Origin: an uncultured virus (IMG/VR IMGVR_UViG_3300031689_000528) | Taxonomy: Duplodnaviria; Heunggongvirae; Uroviricota; Caudoviricetes | Direction: 5' to 3' (one strand) | IMG/VR virus record: IMGVR_UViG_3300031689_000528 | DNA: 20,000 nucleotides | In this document: positions 1-7,868 of the stretch, piece after piece | Layout: each line of letters opens with the position of its first letter | Position numbering within the stretch: the first letter of the stretch is position 1 | Notes under the pieces: generated by a model | What the model was told of the DNA's origin: nothing | The model's database searches: none | What the model saw: the letters and a program-made list of their open reading frames with translations, nothing else | Made by a program: the position numbers and the translations under genes

Positions 1-1305
1 TATGTTGACATGTATGGTAAAGGTGCTAAGGTTGTTAAAGAAGAAAATTTCCACGAAGGCAAGATGAGCCAGATATATGCAATGGACCAAGATGGTGCAA
101 GTGCAACCGAAATTGCTAAAGCATTAAAAGTTTCAACAAAAACAGTTGAAGATATACTTGGTGAAGACAAAAAAGATTTAGACGAGTCTTTTTCTCCTGC
201 TATGTTACAAAAATTAAAAACTGAATTTGGTCCTTTAAAAGGCAAAACAATTAACGCTGCTCAGGCAAGACAGTTGATGAACATTTTAGATAAATTAAAT
301 GATAAAGGTTTAGAAACTTTAAAAGGTGCAGGTATACCTTTTGTTTCATCTGGTGCAATGTCTAAACTTTCAGTAAGAAATATGAAATTCAAAGTAACTA
401 CACTCAATCCAATGAAAGAAGAATCTTGTGGTTGTGATTGTGGTAAAAGTCCTTGTACATCATGTGGTAAAGATCATCACAAAGTTGAAGAATCTTATAC
501 AGTAAAATATGTAGACCCTTTAAATAAAAAGAACTTACGTATGAAACATGCTGATAAGAAAGACGCACAAGATATGATGGATAGATTGAAAAAAGATGGT
601 GTTAAAGAGATAGAGATAGTAAAAGAAGGTTCAAGTGCTTTCTCACCTACTAAAAAGTTTTCAGATCAAGAAATTAAACAAGCATATGGTATTGCAAATG
701 ACCCACGTTACAAAGGTGGTAACTATTCAGGTGCAGTTACAGCTATTGAGAAAATAGCAAAAGGATTATCATCATATCCAGCAGTACAAAATGTTTTAAA
801 AAGAACTAATGAAGATGTACCAGCAGGCTCTCATAAAATGCCTGATGGAACTATTATGAAAGACAAAGATCATAAGAAAGAAGTTGAAGAAGATAGCGAT
901 CCTTGTTGGGATAGCCATAAAATGGTCGGTATGAAATCTAAAGGTGGCAAACAAGTACCAAACTGTGTACCTAAAGAAGAAACACAAGATGGTGCTAAGA
1001 AATTAGTTGCTAAAATTATGAAAGAAAAATTTGGTGCAACAAAAGATTTAACAGAAGCAAGATGGGAAATAGAAGGTAAATTAAGTTACAAAGGAATAGG
1101 TAGCTATGATAACTTTCATATGGTCGTTGACGCTCCTAACAAAGACAAAGCCGAAGATAAGGCATATAGCGAGTTAGATAAAGCAAGAGCAAGAAAAAAA
1201 ATAGGACCAGGTGGTGGCGGTAGAGTTGAAGACGCTGAAGTTGAGTCAATAGAAAAAACTAACGATAAGTTATCAGCTCCTGAAACTTACCAAGGAGGAA
1301 ATTAA
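1..1305 (+). CDS. Large charged modular phage protein, 5' partial; probable head-internal/prohead-processed protein
   Basis: The frame is open from base 1 (tat gtt gac atg), so the true start is probably upstream. Lys/Glu-rich modules are separated by (V/L/M)xE motifs. Contains an HTH-like stretch, a Cys cluster and the PCW..VPNCV motif I recognise from marine T4-like phages. Confidence 0.6.
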   Translation, partial: YVDMYGKGAKVVKEENFHEGKMSQIYAMDQDGASATEIAKALKVSTKTVEDILGEDKKDLDESFSPAMLQKLKTEFGPLKGKTINAAQARQLMNILDKLNDKGLETLKGAGIPFVSSGAMSKLSVRNMKFKVTTLNPMKEESCGCDCGKSPCTSCGKDHHKVEESYTVKYVDPLNKKNLRMKHADKKDAQDMMDRLKKDGVKEIEIVKEGSSAFSPTKKFSDQEIKQAYGIANDPRYKGGNYSGAVTAIEKIAKGLSSYPAVQNVLKRTNEDVPAGSHKMPDGTIMKDKDHKKEVEEDSDPCWDSHKMVGMKSKGGKQVPNCVPKEETQDGAKKLVAKIMKEKFGATKDLTEARWEIEGKLSYKGIGSYDNFHMVVDAPNKDKAEDKAYSELDKARARKKIGPGGGGRVEDAEVESIEKTNDKLSAPETYQGGN

Positions 1306-1307
1306 AC

Positions 1308-2021
1308 ATGAAAAAAGATTATTTTAAAAGTAAACCAAATAGCCTAGAAGCTATGGCTAAAGATATGCAAATACACACTAACGAGTCTGATTACCAAGAT
1401 AAATTCAAATCTGAATTAGGTAAGACAGGTAAATCAGGTATTGGTAGTATGACACCAAAAGAAAAAACTGCCTTCTTTACTAAAATAGATAAAATGCATA
1501 CGGCAAAGAACGAAATTAAAGAAGACGTATCAGTTTGGGAACAAGCAGCTGACGACAAAGAGAAGTTAGCTAAAGAAGCAAAGTATTTAAAAGTTGAAGA
1601 CAAAGACAAAGCAATTCCACCAATAGATAAAGACAATAAACCTGGTGTTAAGATCGCTAAGATTAGAGCAATGAAAGACGGCGAAGATAAAGGCGAAGAA
1701 GATGTTGAAAAACTTAAAGGTCAAGTTGATCTATTGAAAGTAAAATTAGAAAACGAAAAAAACAAAGCAGTTAAACCAGTACCTAACAAAGATACAGGAG
1801 AAGTACCTCTATCAGTTGGTATTGCATACAAGCATTTAAGAGATAAGATGAAAACTGAAACTGCTGATGTACCTAATAGAGGCAGTAAAGAGAAAGAGTC
1901 TCTTTCACTAGATACTCCAGTACAAAAAGATAAGGTTCTTCCGAAAGACAAGGGTAAAACTATGACGAAGCAACCTCAAACAGACGTAGAACTTAATCCT
2001 AAACTTAACTTATCATTTTAA
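1308..2021 (+). CDS. Hypothetical highly charged protein, possible prohead core/scaffold-type
   Basis: 237 aa ORF with SD AGGAGG about 9 nt upstream. Lys/Asp/Glu-rich with a coiled-coil segment (VEKLKGQVDLLKVKLENEKNK). Confidence 0.55.
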   Translation: MKKDYFKSKPNSLEAMAKDMQIHTNESDYQDKFKSELGKTGKSGIGSMTPKEKTAFFTKIDKMHTAKNEIKEDVSVWEQAADDKEKLAKEAKYLKVEDKDKAIPPIDKDNKPGVKIAKIRAMKDGEDKGEEDVEKLKGQVDLLKVKLENEKNKAVKPVPNKDTGEVPLSVGIAYKHLRDKMKTETADVPNRGSKEKESLSLDTPVQKDKVLPKDKGKTMTKQPQTDVELNPKLNLSF

Positions 2022-2033
2022 TCTAGGTATAAT
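2005..2033 (+). promoter_or_regulatory. Possible sigma70-type promoter for the nucleotidase
   Basis: TTAACT(2005-2010)-N17-TATAAT(2028-2033). It ends 6 nt before the ATG at 2040, which has no clear SD, so the transcript could be leaderless. Confidence 0.35.
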
Positions 2034-2039
2034 CTTATT

Positions 2040-2534
2040 ATGGATAAATTGCCTAGAATATATTGTGATATGGACGGTGTTCTTTGCGACTTTGTAAAAG
2101 GCATTGAGAAGTTACATAAGATTAAAATTTCCAACTGGTCATATGGTAGTAAGCAAGAAAAATGGTCTCTAGTAAAGAGTACACCTAAATTCTGGCACAC
2201 ATTACCATGGCACACAGGTGCAAGACAACTATGGTCTTACATAAAGAAACACGATACTCATATACTATCAGCATACGTAGAAGAAAGCTTTGATCCTAAC
2301 TGTATACCAGGGAAAAGATATTGGGCAACGACAAATCTTGGTCTAGGACGTACCAAAATCAATCTAGTTAGAAGATCAGAGAAGCAACAGTACGCAAAAT
2401 ACAATGGTCAACCAGCCATTTTGATAGATGACTACAAGAAAAACACAGACCAATTCACTGCCAGAGGTGGCATAGGAATTGTACACACCTCAACATCAAA
2501 TACTATCCGACAGCTTAAACAGCTAGGTTTTTAA
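2040..2534 (+). CDS. HAD-superfamily 5'(3')-deoxyribonucleotidase-like (NT5C) protein
   Basis: HAD motif I IYCDMDGVLCDF, motif II ILSA, conserved K (EKQQYA) and motif IV LIDDY, followed by ..GGIGI.H. Confidence 0.85.
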   Translation: MDKLPRIYCDMDGVLCDFVKGIEKLHKIKISNWSYGSKQEKWSLVKSTPKFWHTLPWHTGARQLWSYIKKHDTHILSAYVEESFDPNCIPGKRYWATTNLGLGRTKINLVRRSEKQQYAKYNGQPAILIDDYKKNTDQFTARGGIGIVHTSTSNTIRQLKQLGF

Positions 2535-2546
2535 ATATAAAACTCT

Positions 2547-2554
2547 TATAAATA
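2547..2554 (+). promoter_or_regulatory. T4-type late promoter (gp55 sigma)
   Basis: Exact TATAAATA in the intergenic gap upstream of the 2603 gene, which has SD AAGGAGA. Confidence 0.8.
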
Positions 2555-2602
2555 CCAGTGTTATAACAACAAAGTTAATTAATTAATTAAGGAGAAAACA
2601 AT

Positions 2603-3175
2603 ATGGCTTTATGGGGAAACGATATTAAACCCAAGAACCTAACTACGGCTGAGAAAAAGGAAGTATACGCTACTTCTTCAGGCTGGGTTAGAGAAGCGGG
2701 TTCTATTCTTTCAGGTAATGATAACACGGCTGCTACACCAGAAGTTTTGGTTGCAGTAAACCAACTTGCAACACTTATGGGTTCAGGTAACATCACTGAA
2801 ATAGAATTTATTACGACAGCATTTGATAAATCTGCTGGCGCAACACTACAAGCAAGAGTAAGATTTAATGAAGACGTAACTGTAACAGGTACACCACAAT
2901 TATCAGTAGTAAATGGTAATGAAGGTGCTGGAACAGGTAGAGGTCCTCACGTATTATCTTATACTGCTGGAACAAATAGTAACGAATTGACATTTAGTTT
3001 AGTAATTGCAGCTGACAACGCTGCTACTAATGCTGACGATGTACTAACAATCGGTACTAACGCATTGGCACTTAACGGTGGTACAGTAAAAGATAGAGGT
3101 ACGGCAACGAACTCTACAATTACTAACGCTGCTAGTATAGGTACTGCTGCTGGTTCAATTACAGTTGTAGCATAA
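2603..3175 (+). CDS. Virion structural protein with Ig-like beta-sandwich repeat domain
   Basis: MALWG...GWV N-terminus typical of T4-like marine phage structural proteins. Motifs VRFNEDVTVTGTPQL, YTAGTNSNELTF and LALNGGTVKD resemble bacterial surface Ig-like repeats. Ala/Thr/Gly-rich and behind a late promoter. Confidence 0.65.
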   Translation: MALWGNDIKPKNLTTAEKKEVYATSSGWVREAGSILSGNDNTAATPEVLVAVNQLATLMGSGNITEIEFITTAFDKSAGATLQARVRFNEDVTVTGTPQLSVVNGNEGAGTGRGPHVLSYTAGTNSNELTFSLVIAADNAATNADDVLTIGTNALALNGGTVKDRGTATNSTITNAASIGTAAGSITVVA

Positions 3176-3180
3176 TAAAC

Positions 3181-3252
3181 AAGTTTGAACACAACATGGT
3201 ATTCGTACCGAATTGTTAGAAAAATATTTTGATTTTAACAAGTGTGGAACTT
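3181..3252 (+). other. Structured intergenic element (predicted three-way junction RNA)
   Basis: Outer stem AAGTTT..ACAC / GTGT..GAACTT encloses the hairpin TGGTA-TTCG-TACCG (3197-3210) and the hairpin TTGTTAGAA / TTTTAACAA (3213-3241). Confidence 0.45.
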
Positions 3253-3306
3253 AAATTATAGAAGAAAAAACTATAAATTAAATTAAAATAAAGGAAACAA
3301 AAAACA

Positions 3307-3723
3307 ATGGCAAACATTACAAAAATACACCTAGAAGATTCTGATGATTTCAACAGAGTTGCTGGTGGAAAAGTTAAAAGTACAGTTACATTCAATGAAG
3401 ATGTACTCGTAACAGGTAACCCTTACTTAAATATGGTAGTTGACATGACTAACGGTCCTGCTGTAAGTGAAGGCAACAGTGCGAGAGTAGCTTGGTTAGA
3501 TTACGTATCTGGTTCAGGTACAGACGAGTTAGTATTTGAAATAACTTTAGGTGCTGATGATGTAAAATCAGGACAAGAAGGTGACGTACTTAAATTTGGT
3601 ACAAATGCTTTAGCATTAAACAATGGCACAATTAAAGACAGAGAAGACGCAGACGCTACTATTACAAATAGTCAAGCAATTGCTGACGCTGCTGGTAGTT
3701 GTGACGTTTACGCTCCGGCATAG
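3307..3723 (+). CDS. Paralogue of the 2603 protein (stand-alone Ig-like domain), probable virion protein
   Basis: Aligns by eye with the C-terminal two thirds of the 2603 protein: NITKI/NITEI, TFNEDVLVTGNP/RFNEDVTVTGTP, GTNALALNNGTIKDR/GTNALALNGGTVKDR, TITN...I..AAGS. Confidence 0.7.
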   Translation: MANITKIHLEDSDDFNRVAGGKVKSTVTFNEDVLVTGNPYLNMVVDMTNGPAVSEGNSARVAWLDYVSGSGTDELVFEITLGADDVKSGQEGDVLKFGTNALALNNGTIKDREDADATITNSQAIADAAGSCDVYAPA

Positions 3724-3730
3724 TAACACA

Positions 3731-3796
3731 ATTAATATAGGGGTCCTAAAAAGCCCCTATATAATATAACAACAATGATGTAGTCAAATGGCTACA
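3731..3796 (+). other. Intergenic hairpins (possible terminator or processing signal)
   Basis: ATATAGGGG(3735-3743)/CCCCTATAT(3754-3762) is a perfect inverted repeat. A second hairpin TGTAGTC-AAAT-GGCTACA spans 3779-3796. No clean poly-T tail. Confidence 0.5.
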
Positions 3797-3841
3797 GTAC
3801 AATTCCCTTAATACATATGGGGTTTATAGGAGAAACAAAAA

Positions 3842-4303
3842 ATGGCAGACAAAAAAGTAACACAACTTTCAGACCTAGGTAACGGTCTTGATAAAGTAGA
3901 TTTATTTCACGTGATAGATGATCCAGCTGGAACACCAATCAATAAAAAAATATCAGCTGAAAAAATCTTTAATAACGTTCCAACTTGGATCGCATTAAAA
4001 CAAACAGCACAAACAGTTACAGCAAGTGGGTCAGCACAAGCAGCCGATCTATTAACAGCAGTAACTTTGATTGACGCTACTTCAGCAATTGGAACAATTT
4101 CATTAGCATCAGCGACTACAGATGGACAAATTAAGACAGTTCTTAATTCTTCAACTGGTGGTACTAATGCAGTGACAATAACACCAGCTAACTTTAAACA
4201 AGGTACAACAGTTACATTAAATGCTCCAGGTGAGTCAGTAACTATGATGTATAAATCATCTTTCTGGTATGTAATATCAGGAGAAGGTCACGTAGTAGCA
4301 TAA
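3842..4303 (+). CDS. Probable virion structural (fibre/decoration-like) protein
   Basis: N-terminus MADKKVTQL...DLFHVIDD...NKKIS is typical of phage fibre attachment segments, followed by a Thr/Ala-rich beta domain ending ..WYVI. SD AGGAGA. Confidence 0.55.
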   Translation: MADKKVTQLSDLGNGLDKVDLFHVIDDPAGTPINKKISAEKIFNNVPTWIALKQTAQTVTASGSAQAADLLTAVTLIDATSAIGTISLASATTDGQIKTVLNSSTGGTNAVTITPANFKQGTTVTLNAPGESVTMMYKSSFWYVISGEGHVVA

Positions 4304-4318
4304 CATATAGGATAAATT

Positions 4319-4513
4319 ATGATAATTGATGAAAAACTATTAACAACGGAAAGAGAATCTTTAGTTCAAGAATTTGAAACTCTTTCTACTAAAATAAAAA
4401 GTGTAGACATGAATTTAGCACAGATGAAAGGCAATTTAAATGCTTTAAACGGTGCTATTCAACAAATGGATAAACTTATAAAATTAGGAAATCAAACAGA
4501 TGAAAAAATTTAA
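4319..4513 (+). CDS. Small coiled-coil protein (possible assembly chaperone)
   Basis: 64 aa heptad pattern ending ...NLNALNGAIQQMDKLI; SD AGGA. Confidence 0.55.
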   Translation: MIIDEKLLTTERESLVQEFETLSTKIKSVDMNLAQMKGNLNALNGAIQQMDKLIKLGNQTDEKI

Positions 4514-4643
4514 ATCTTTCGTAGAAGAAAAAGATTTGAAGGAATTTGAGGAGGATGTTTTAGCAGGTGGTAATAAGTCTGCTGAAACACCCGATCCAGA
4601 TAAACAAATTAAAAAGGAAAACAAAGAAGATGAAAACGTTTAA
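4500..4643 (+). CDS. 47 aa charged peptide with capsid-targeting-like N-terminus (missed by the ORF track)
   Basis: Translates as MKKFKSFVEEKDLKEFEEDVLAGGNKSAETPDPDKQIKKENKEDENV*. Overlaps both neighbours by 14 nt; AGGA lies upstream. Confidence 0.65.
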   Translation: MKKFKSFVEEKDLKEFEEDVLAGGNKSAETPDPDKQIKKENKEDENV

Positions 4644-5055
4644 AAAATACATACACGAGGGTGTTGATGGTGTTGGTGTTGAAACGGCTAACAGTCCTGC
4701 TGATAGCAATATCGGTGTTCACAACATTGAAAACCCAGATGTACTTAAAAGAGTTAATGCTTTTGTAGGTGCTATCGCTGAGAGAGAATACATTAATCCA
4801 TCTTTTGCAATTGACGAGTTAAGAGAAAAACTTAAAACAACAGGTTTAACTCTTGGTCCAGTTGACATGAGTGGAGATAACGGCACAGTTACAACAGAGG
4901 TGTCACAATTTGGTGGAAGATTTGGTAAGGACATAGATGGTTCTGATATTAATGATGATGGTATATCTCACAGAAAAGAGGGTGGCCTTAAACTAGAGGT
5001 TAAATACGAAACATTAAAAACAGGAACTTGTAAAGTCTACGCTAAATTGGTGTAG
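4630..5055 (+). CDS. Conserved T4-like hypothetical protein with capsid-targeting-like N-terminus
   Basis: Start reassigned from GTG 4567 to ATG 4630 (MKTFKKYIHE), with AAGGA upstream. Contains the motif QFGGRFGKD. Confidence 0.65.
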   Translation: MKTFKKYIHEGVDGVGVETANSPADSNIGVHNIENPDVLKRVNAFVGAIAEREYINPSFAIDELREKLKTTGLTLGPVDMSGDNGTVTTEVSQFGGRFGKDIDGSDINDDGISHRKEGGLKLEVKYETLKTGTCKVYAKLV

Positions 5056-5057
5056 AT

Positions 5058-5420
5058 ATGTTTAGAGAAATAACCAAAGATAACTGGTTGCTTTTTGCAC
5101 AGCATTATTATGATAATCCTACTCTAGAAGATGAGAAGGAATTTTATGAAGATATTAAAAGAATAAGGTATCTCAAAAGGTTATTTCGTAAGTATAGTGT
5201 TACAGGAAACTTAAAGGTAAGACTTGTAGTTAATCACTTGATAGTTTTACAAAATGTTTTTGGAGCTGAGGTTGCAATTGCCCTACTATTGTTTAAGATA
5301 GACATGAAGTATTGGGGTATATTAAAAACCTTTTTAGAATATTTGGAGTACATATATCCACATGAACTAAACGACCAAGAACTAGATATTAACATTAAAA
5401 AAATGTTAGAGGAACTATAA
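5058..5420 (+). CDS. Conserved hypothetical protein of marine T4-like phages
   Basis: Pattern DNWLLFAQHYYDNP...EFYEDIKRIRYLKRLF...RLVVNHLIVLQNVFG recognised from cyano-/pelagimyophages; function unknown. Confidence 0.7.
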   Translation: MFREITKDNWLLFAQHYYDNPTLEDEKEFYEDIKRIRYLKRLFRKYSVTGNLKVRLVVNHLIVLQNVFGAEVAIALLLFKIDMKYWGILKTFLEYLEYIYPHELNDQELDINIKKMLEEL

Positions 5421-5896
5421 TGAACAGAGGCGTAGATTTATTAATAACATATAGAATAGTAAAGATGTTAGTTACACCATTTAAAAAGCAAGCTGCTTTT
5501 AAATATGGTATAATAGATGACAAAGGTAATGTATTAAGAAAATACAGAACCATACAAACTACAGCAGAGAAAAGATCATACTCTATGCTTCATAGATTCG
5601 TATTCAATCTTAAAAGAATATTAAGTAAAGTAGGTATTAAAGGATCTCTAGGTTCCTTTGCAGTTGCAGCCGCTTTATTATTTAAAGAAAATAAAGAAGT
5701 AGAAAAACACCAACTGGTAATAGAATCGGCAGTGATCACCTATCTCAAAATGATCGATAAATACGAAACCATGATAGCTGAAAGTATAAATATACCGACT
5801 ATAGACGATACGCCAGTTACAAATTGTTTCGGCATAGATGTGTTTGAACAAAACGGAGAACTAATATCGGAGTTAGAATATGACAAAACATTATAA
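5420..5896 (+). CDS. Conserved hypothetical protein of marine T4-like phages
   Basis: TAATG stop/start coupling and SD GAGGA. Pattern DLLITYRIVKMLVTPF...AFKYGIIDDKG...HRFVFNLKRIL. Confidence 0.7.
   Translation: MNRGVDLLITYRIVKMLVTPFKKQAAFKYGIIDDKGNVLRKYRTIQTTAEKRSYSMLHRFVFNLKRILSKVGIKGSLGSFAVAAALLFKENKEVEKHQLVIESAVITYLKMIDKYETMIAESINIPTIDDTPVTNCFGIDVFEQNGELISELEYDKTL
5785..5792 (+). promoter_or_regulatory. Possible gene-internal T4 late promoter
   Basis: Exact TATAAATA inside the 5420 CDS, about 90 nt upstream of the 5880 start. Could be chance in AT-rich DNA. Confidence 0.35.
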
Positions 5897-6242
5897 AAAC
5901 ATGATGGACGAAATCATCAACAAGATGGACGAGGATGCTCCAGTGAATGCCACTGGTACTGCTGTTGCAGGAACAGGTGACGACAATAGCGTTCATACAA
6001 AGAAATCAGAGTTAACTAAAGGTATGTTAAAAAGAGACCCTTTATCTTTAGCTAAACCTGTAAAAACATTTAAAGAAAAGATTAGAGAAAGTGATGACAA
6101 TAACAATATAGTTTTAAAAGGTGTGTTAGATAAAATTGATAGTATAGAAGTTAAGATTGATGAGTTAACAGAACCTAAAGGCGAATTAAAGGTAGAAGAA
6201 GTTAAAGAATATAAAACTTTCAAAAACAAATACAATGTTTAA
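5880..6242 (+). CDS. Hypothetical protein, probable head-internal protein
   Basis: Contains an EDAPVNATG..VAG motif and internal KTFKEKIRE / KTFKNKY motifs. SD GGAG. Confidence 0.6.
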   Translation: MTKHYKNMMDEIINKMDEDAPVNATGTAVAGTGDDNSVHTKKSELTKGMLKRDPLSLAKPVKTFKEKIRESDDNNNIVLKGVLDKIDSIEVKIDELTEPKGELKVEEVKEYKTFKNKYNV

Positions 6243-6486
6243 ATTTAAATCATTTAAAGAGTACGTTGATGGTAGTCATAGCAAAACAATGCTTGCACAT
6301 AAAGACCATAAAAAGAAAGAAGTTAAAGAAGTAATAGGTGCCGTTGGTGTAGTAGGACCATCAGGTCCTGGTTTAGGTCAATACAAACCAATGGCAAGTA
6401 TGTCGTTACAAGCATCAGCCAAATTAAAAAATTCACCTTTACATAAGTATCTTGTATCAAAAGGAATTTTAAATGACAAAAAATAG
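6235..6486 (+). CDS. Small basic protein with capsid-targeting-like N-terminus
   Basis: Starts MFKFKSFKEYV; overlaps the previous gene by 8 nt. Confidence 0.6.
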   Translation: MFKFKSFKEYVDGSHSKTMLAHKDHKKKEVKEVIGAVGVVGPSGPGLGQYKPMASMSLQASAKLKNSPLHKYLVSKGILNDKK

Positions 6487-6937
6487 ACTAGACATATCAG
6501 ATCAAACAGCTATATCAATGCCGATGAAGAATTTAATTTCTATCGTGGCCGCCGTGGCCGTCGGAGTTTGGGCATACTTTGGTGTATTAGAACGTATTAC
6601 AATGTTAGAAACTAAAAGTACACTTGCAGAAAAAGACTTAACACAAGTAACTTCTACATTAGGATCCGACATAGAAAAAAATAACGAATTTAGAATTAAA
6701 TGGCCGAGAGGTGAATTAGGTTCCCCACCTGCCGATTCTGAACAGTATATGCTTATTGAACACATTGCAGGACAACTTGAAGATTTACAAGAAGGTCTAC
6801 AAAAGATGATGAACAATGGCGTAAACATAAAAAGATTACAAGAAGACGTTAAAATGTTAAGAGATGACGTTGAAAAATTAAAAGATAGTAATAGAAATAT
6901 AATCTATTCAAACGGAAACGGAACAACAAAAGAGTAA
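6473..6937 (+). CDS. Single-TM coiled-coil membrane protein
   Basis: TM segment NLISIVAAVAVGVWAYFGVL followed by coiled coils and the motif PADSEQYMLIEH. SD AAGGA. Confidence 0.65.
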   Translation: MTKNRLDISDQTAISMPMKNLISIVAAVAVGVWAYFGVLERITMLETKSTLAEKDLTQVTSTLGSDIEKNNEFRIKWPRGELGSPPADSEQYMLIEHIAGQLEDLQEGLQKMMNNGVNIKRLQEDVKMLRDDVEKLKDSNRNIIYSNGNGTTKE

Positions 6938-6939
6938 AT

Positions 6940-7245
6940 ATGAATAAAATAATAACTTTAATATTATTATTCTTTATAACAGCTGTATATGCAAACACAA
7001 AACTTTACACAGGTGGTGAAAAGTACGAAGAAGATAAAGTGATTGCATTAACATTAACAGCCGGCGGTCAGCGAATTGAATACGTATACAAAGAAACTTT
7101 AGGCCAATGCTTAAAGTCTAAAAGAATAGCAGACAGAGAAGTAAATGGCGAAAGAGTAATCTTTGCTTGTGAAATAGTCAAAGGACTATTACAAGAAGAC
7201 AAACAATCCAAATATGGTATAAGATTATTAAAAATAATAGAATAA
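6940..7245 (+). CDS. Small secreted/periplasmic protein with a Cys pair
   Basis: Signal peptide MNKIITLILLFFITAVYA, then CLKSKRIADR...FACE. Confidence 0.6.
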   Translation: MNKIITLILLFFITAVYANTKLYTGGEKYEEDKVIALTLTAGGQRIEYVYKETLGQCLKSKRIADREVNGERVIFACEIVKGLLQEDKQSKYGIRLLKIIE

Positions 7246-7258
7246 CAAAGGAAATAAT

Positions 7259-7858
7259 ATGGAAGATGTAAATTTAATATGGGAACTAATGATGAAATTC
7301 TGGCAGTTTACTGTATTAGGACTATTGATAATAATTGGTGGTCTAATAAACATATCGGATAGAATTAATCTTAAAGGTAAAGTAAGAAACTTTAAGTATG
7401 ACGAGTATCCACATATGCAACCAATCAAAATTAACACAGCAGGTAAGGGTTTTTGGGGAGCAATATGGTTATGGATGACCTCTGTAAGAAAATGGAAAGT
7501 TGCGAAAGATTTTAAGTTTGAATTAAGAGGTGACTCATACATCATACCTGAAGGCTTTGTATTTGATGGTGCAAGTGTACCAAAATTTCTTGCTTCATTT
7601 CTATCTCCAGTAGGTGTACTACTTATTGGTGGATTAGTACATGATTATGCTTATAAGTTTTCTGCTTTAAGAACCTTCAACTCTACCAAAGGTGCAATGT
7701 TACTTTTAGATAAAGCTGAATGCGATAGAATTTTTAGAGATATTAACATAGAAGTTAACGGATTTCATCTACTAAACTATTTAACCTACTGGACTTTAAG
7801 AGGTTTTGGTTTCGTGGCTTGGAACAAACACCGAAAGGTGAATGCCAAAATAAAATAG
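7259..7858 (+). CDS. DUF1353-like membrane-anchored protein
   Basis: Motifs IPEGFVFDGASVP, LVHDYAY, D.IFR and Y..LR.FG..AW are characteristic of DUF1353. N-terminal TM segment. Confidence 0.75.
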   Translation: MEDVNLIWELMMKFWQFTVLGLLIIIGGLINISDRINLKGKVRNFKYDEYPHMQPIKINTAGKGFWGAIWLWMTSVRKWKVAKDFKFELRGDSYIIPEGFVFDGASVPKFLASFLSPVGVLLIGGLVHDYAYKFSALRTFNSTKGAMLLLDKAECDRIFRDINIEVNGFHLLNYLTYWTLRGFGFVAWNKHRKVNAKIK

Positions 7859-7868
7859 GAGAACACAT

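Noticed and set aside
3181..3252. Hammerhead ribozyme interpretation of the three-way junction
   Set aside because: The CUGAUGA core is absent and only GAA follows the short hairpin.
4567..4629. GTG start for the 4567..5055 ORF
   Set aside because: This region is better explained by the 4500..4643 ORF, and ATG 4630 gives a capsid-targeting-like N-terminus.
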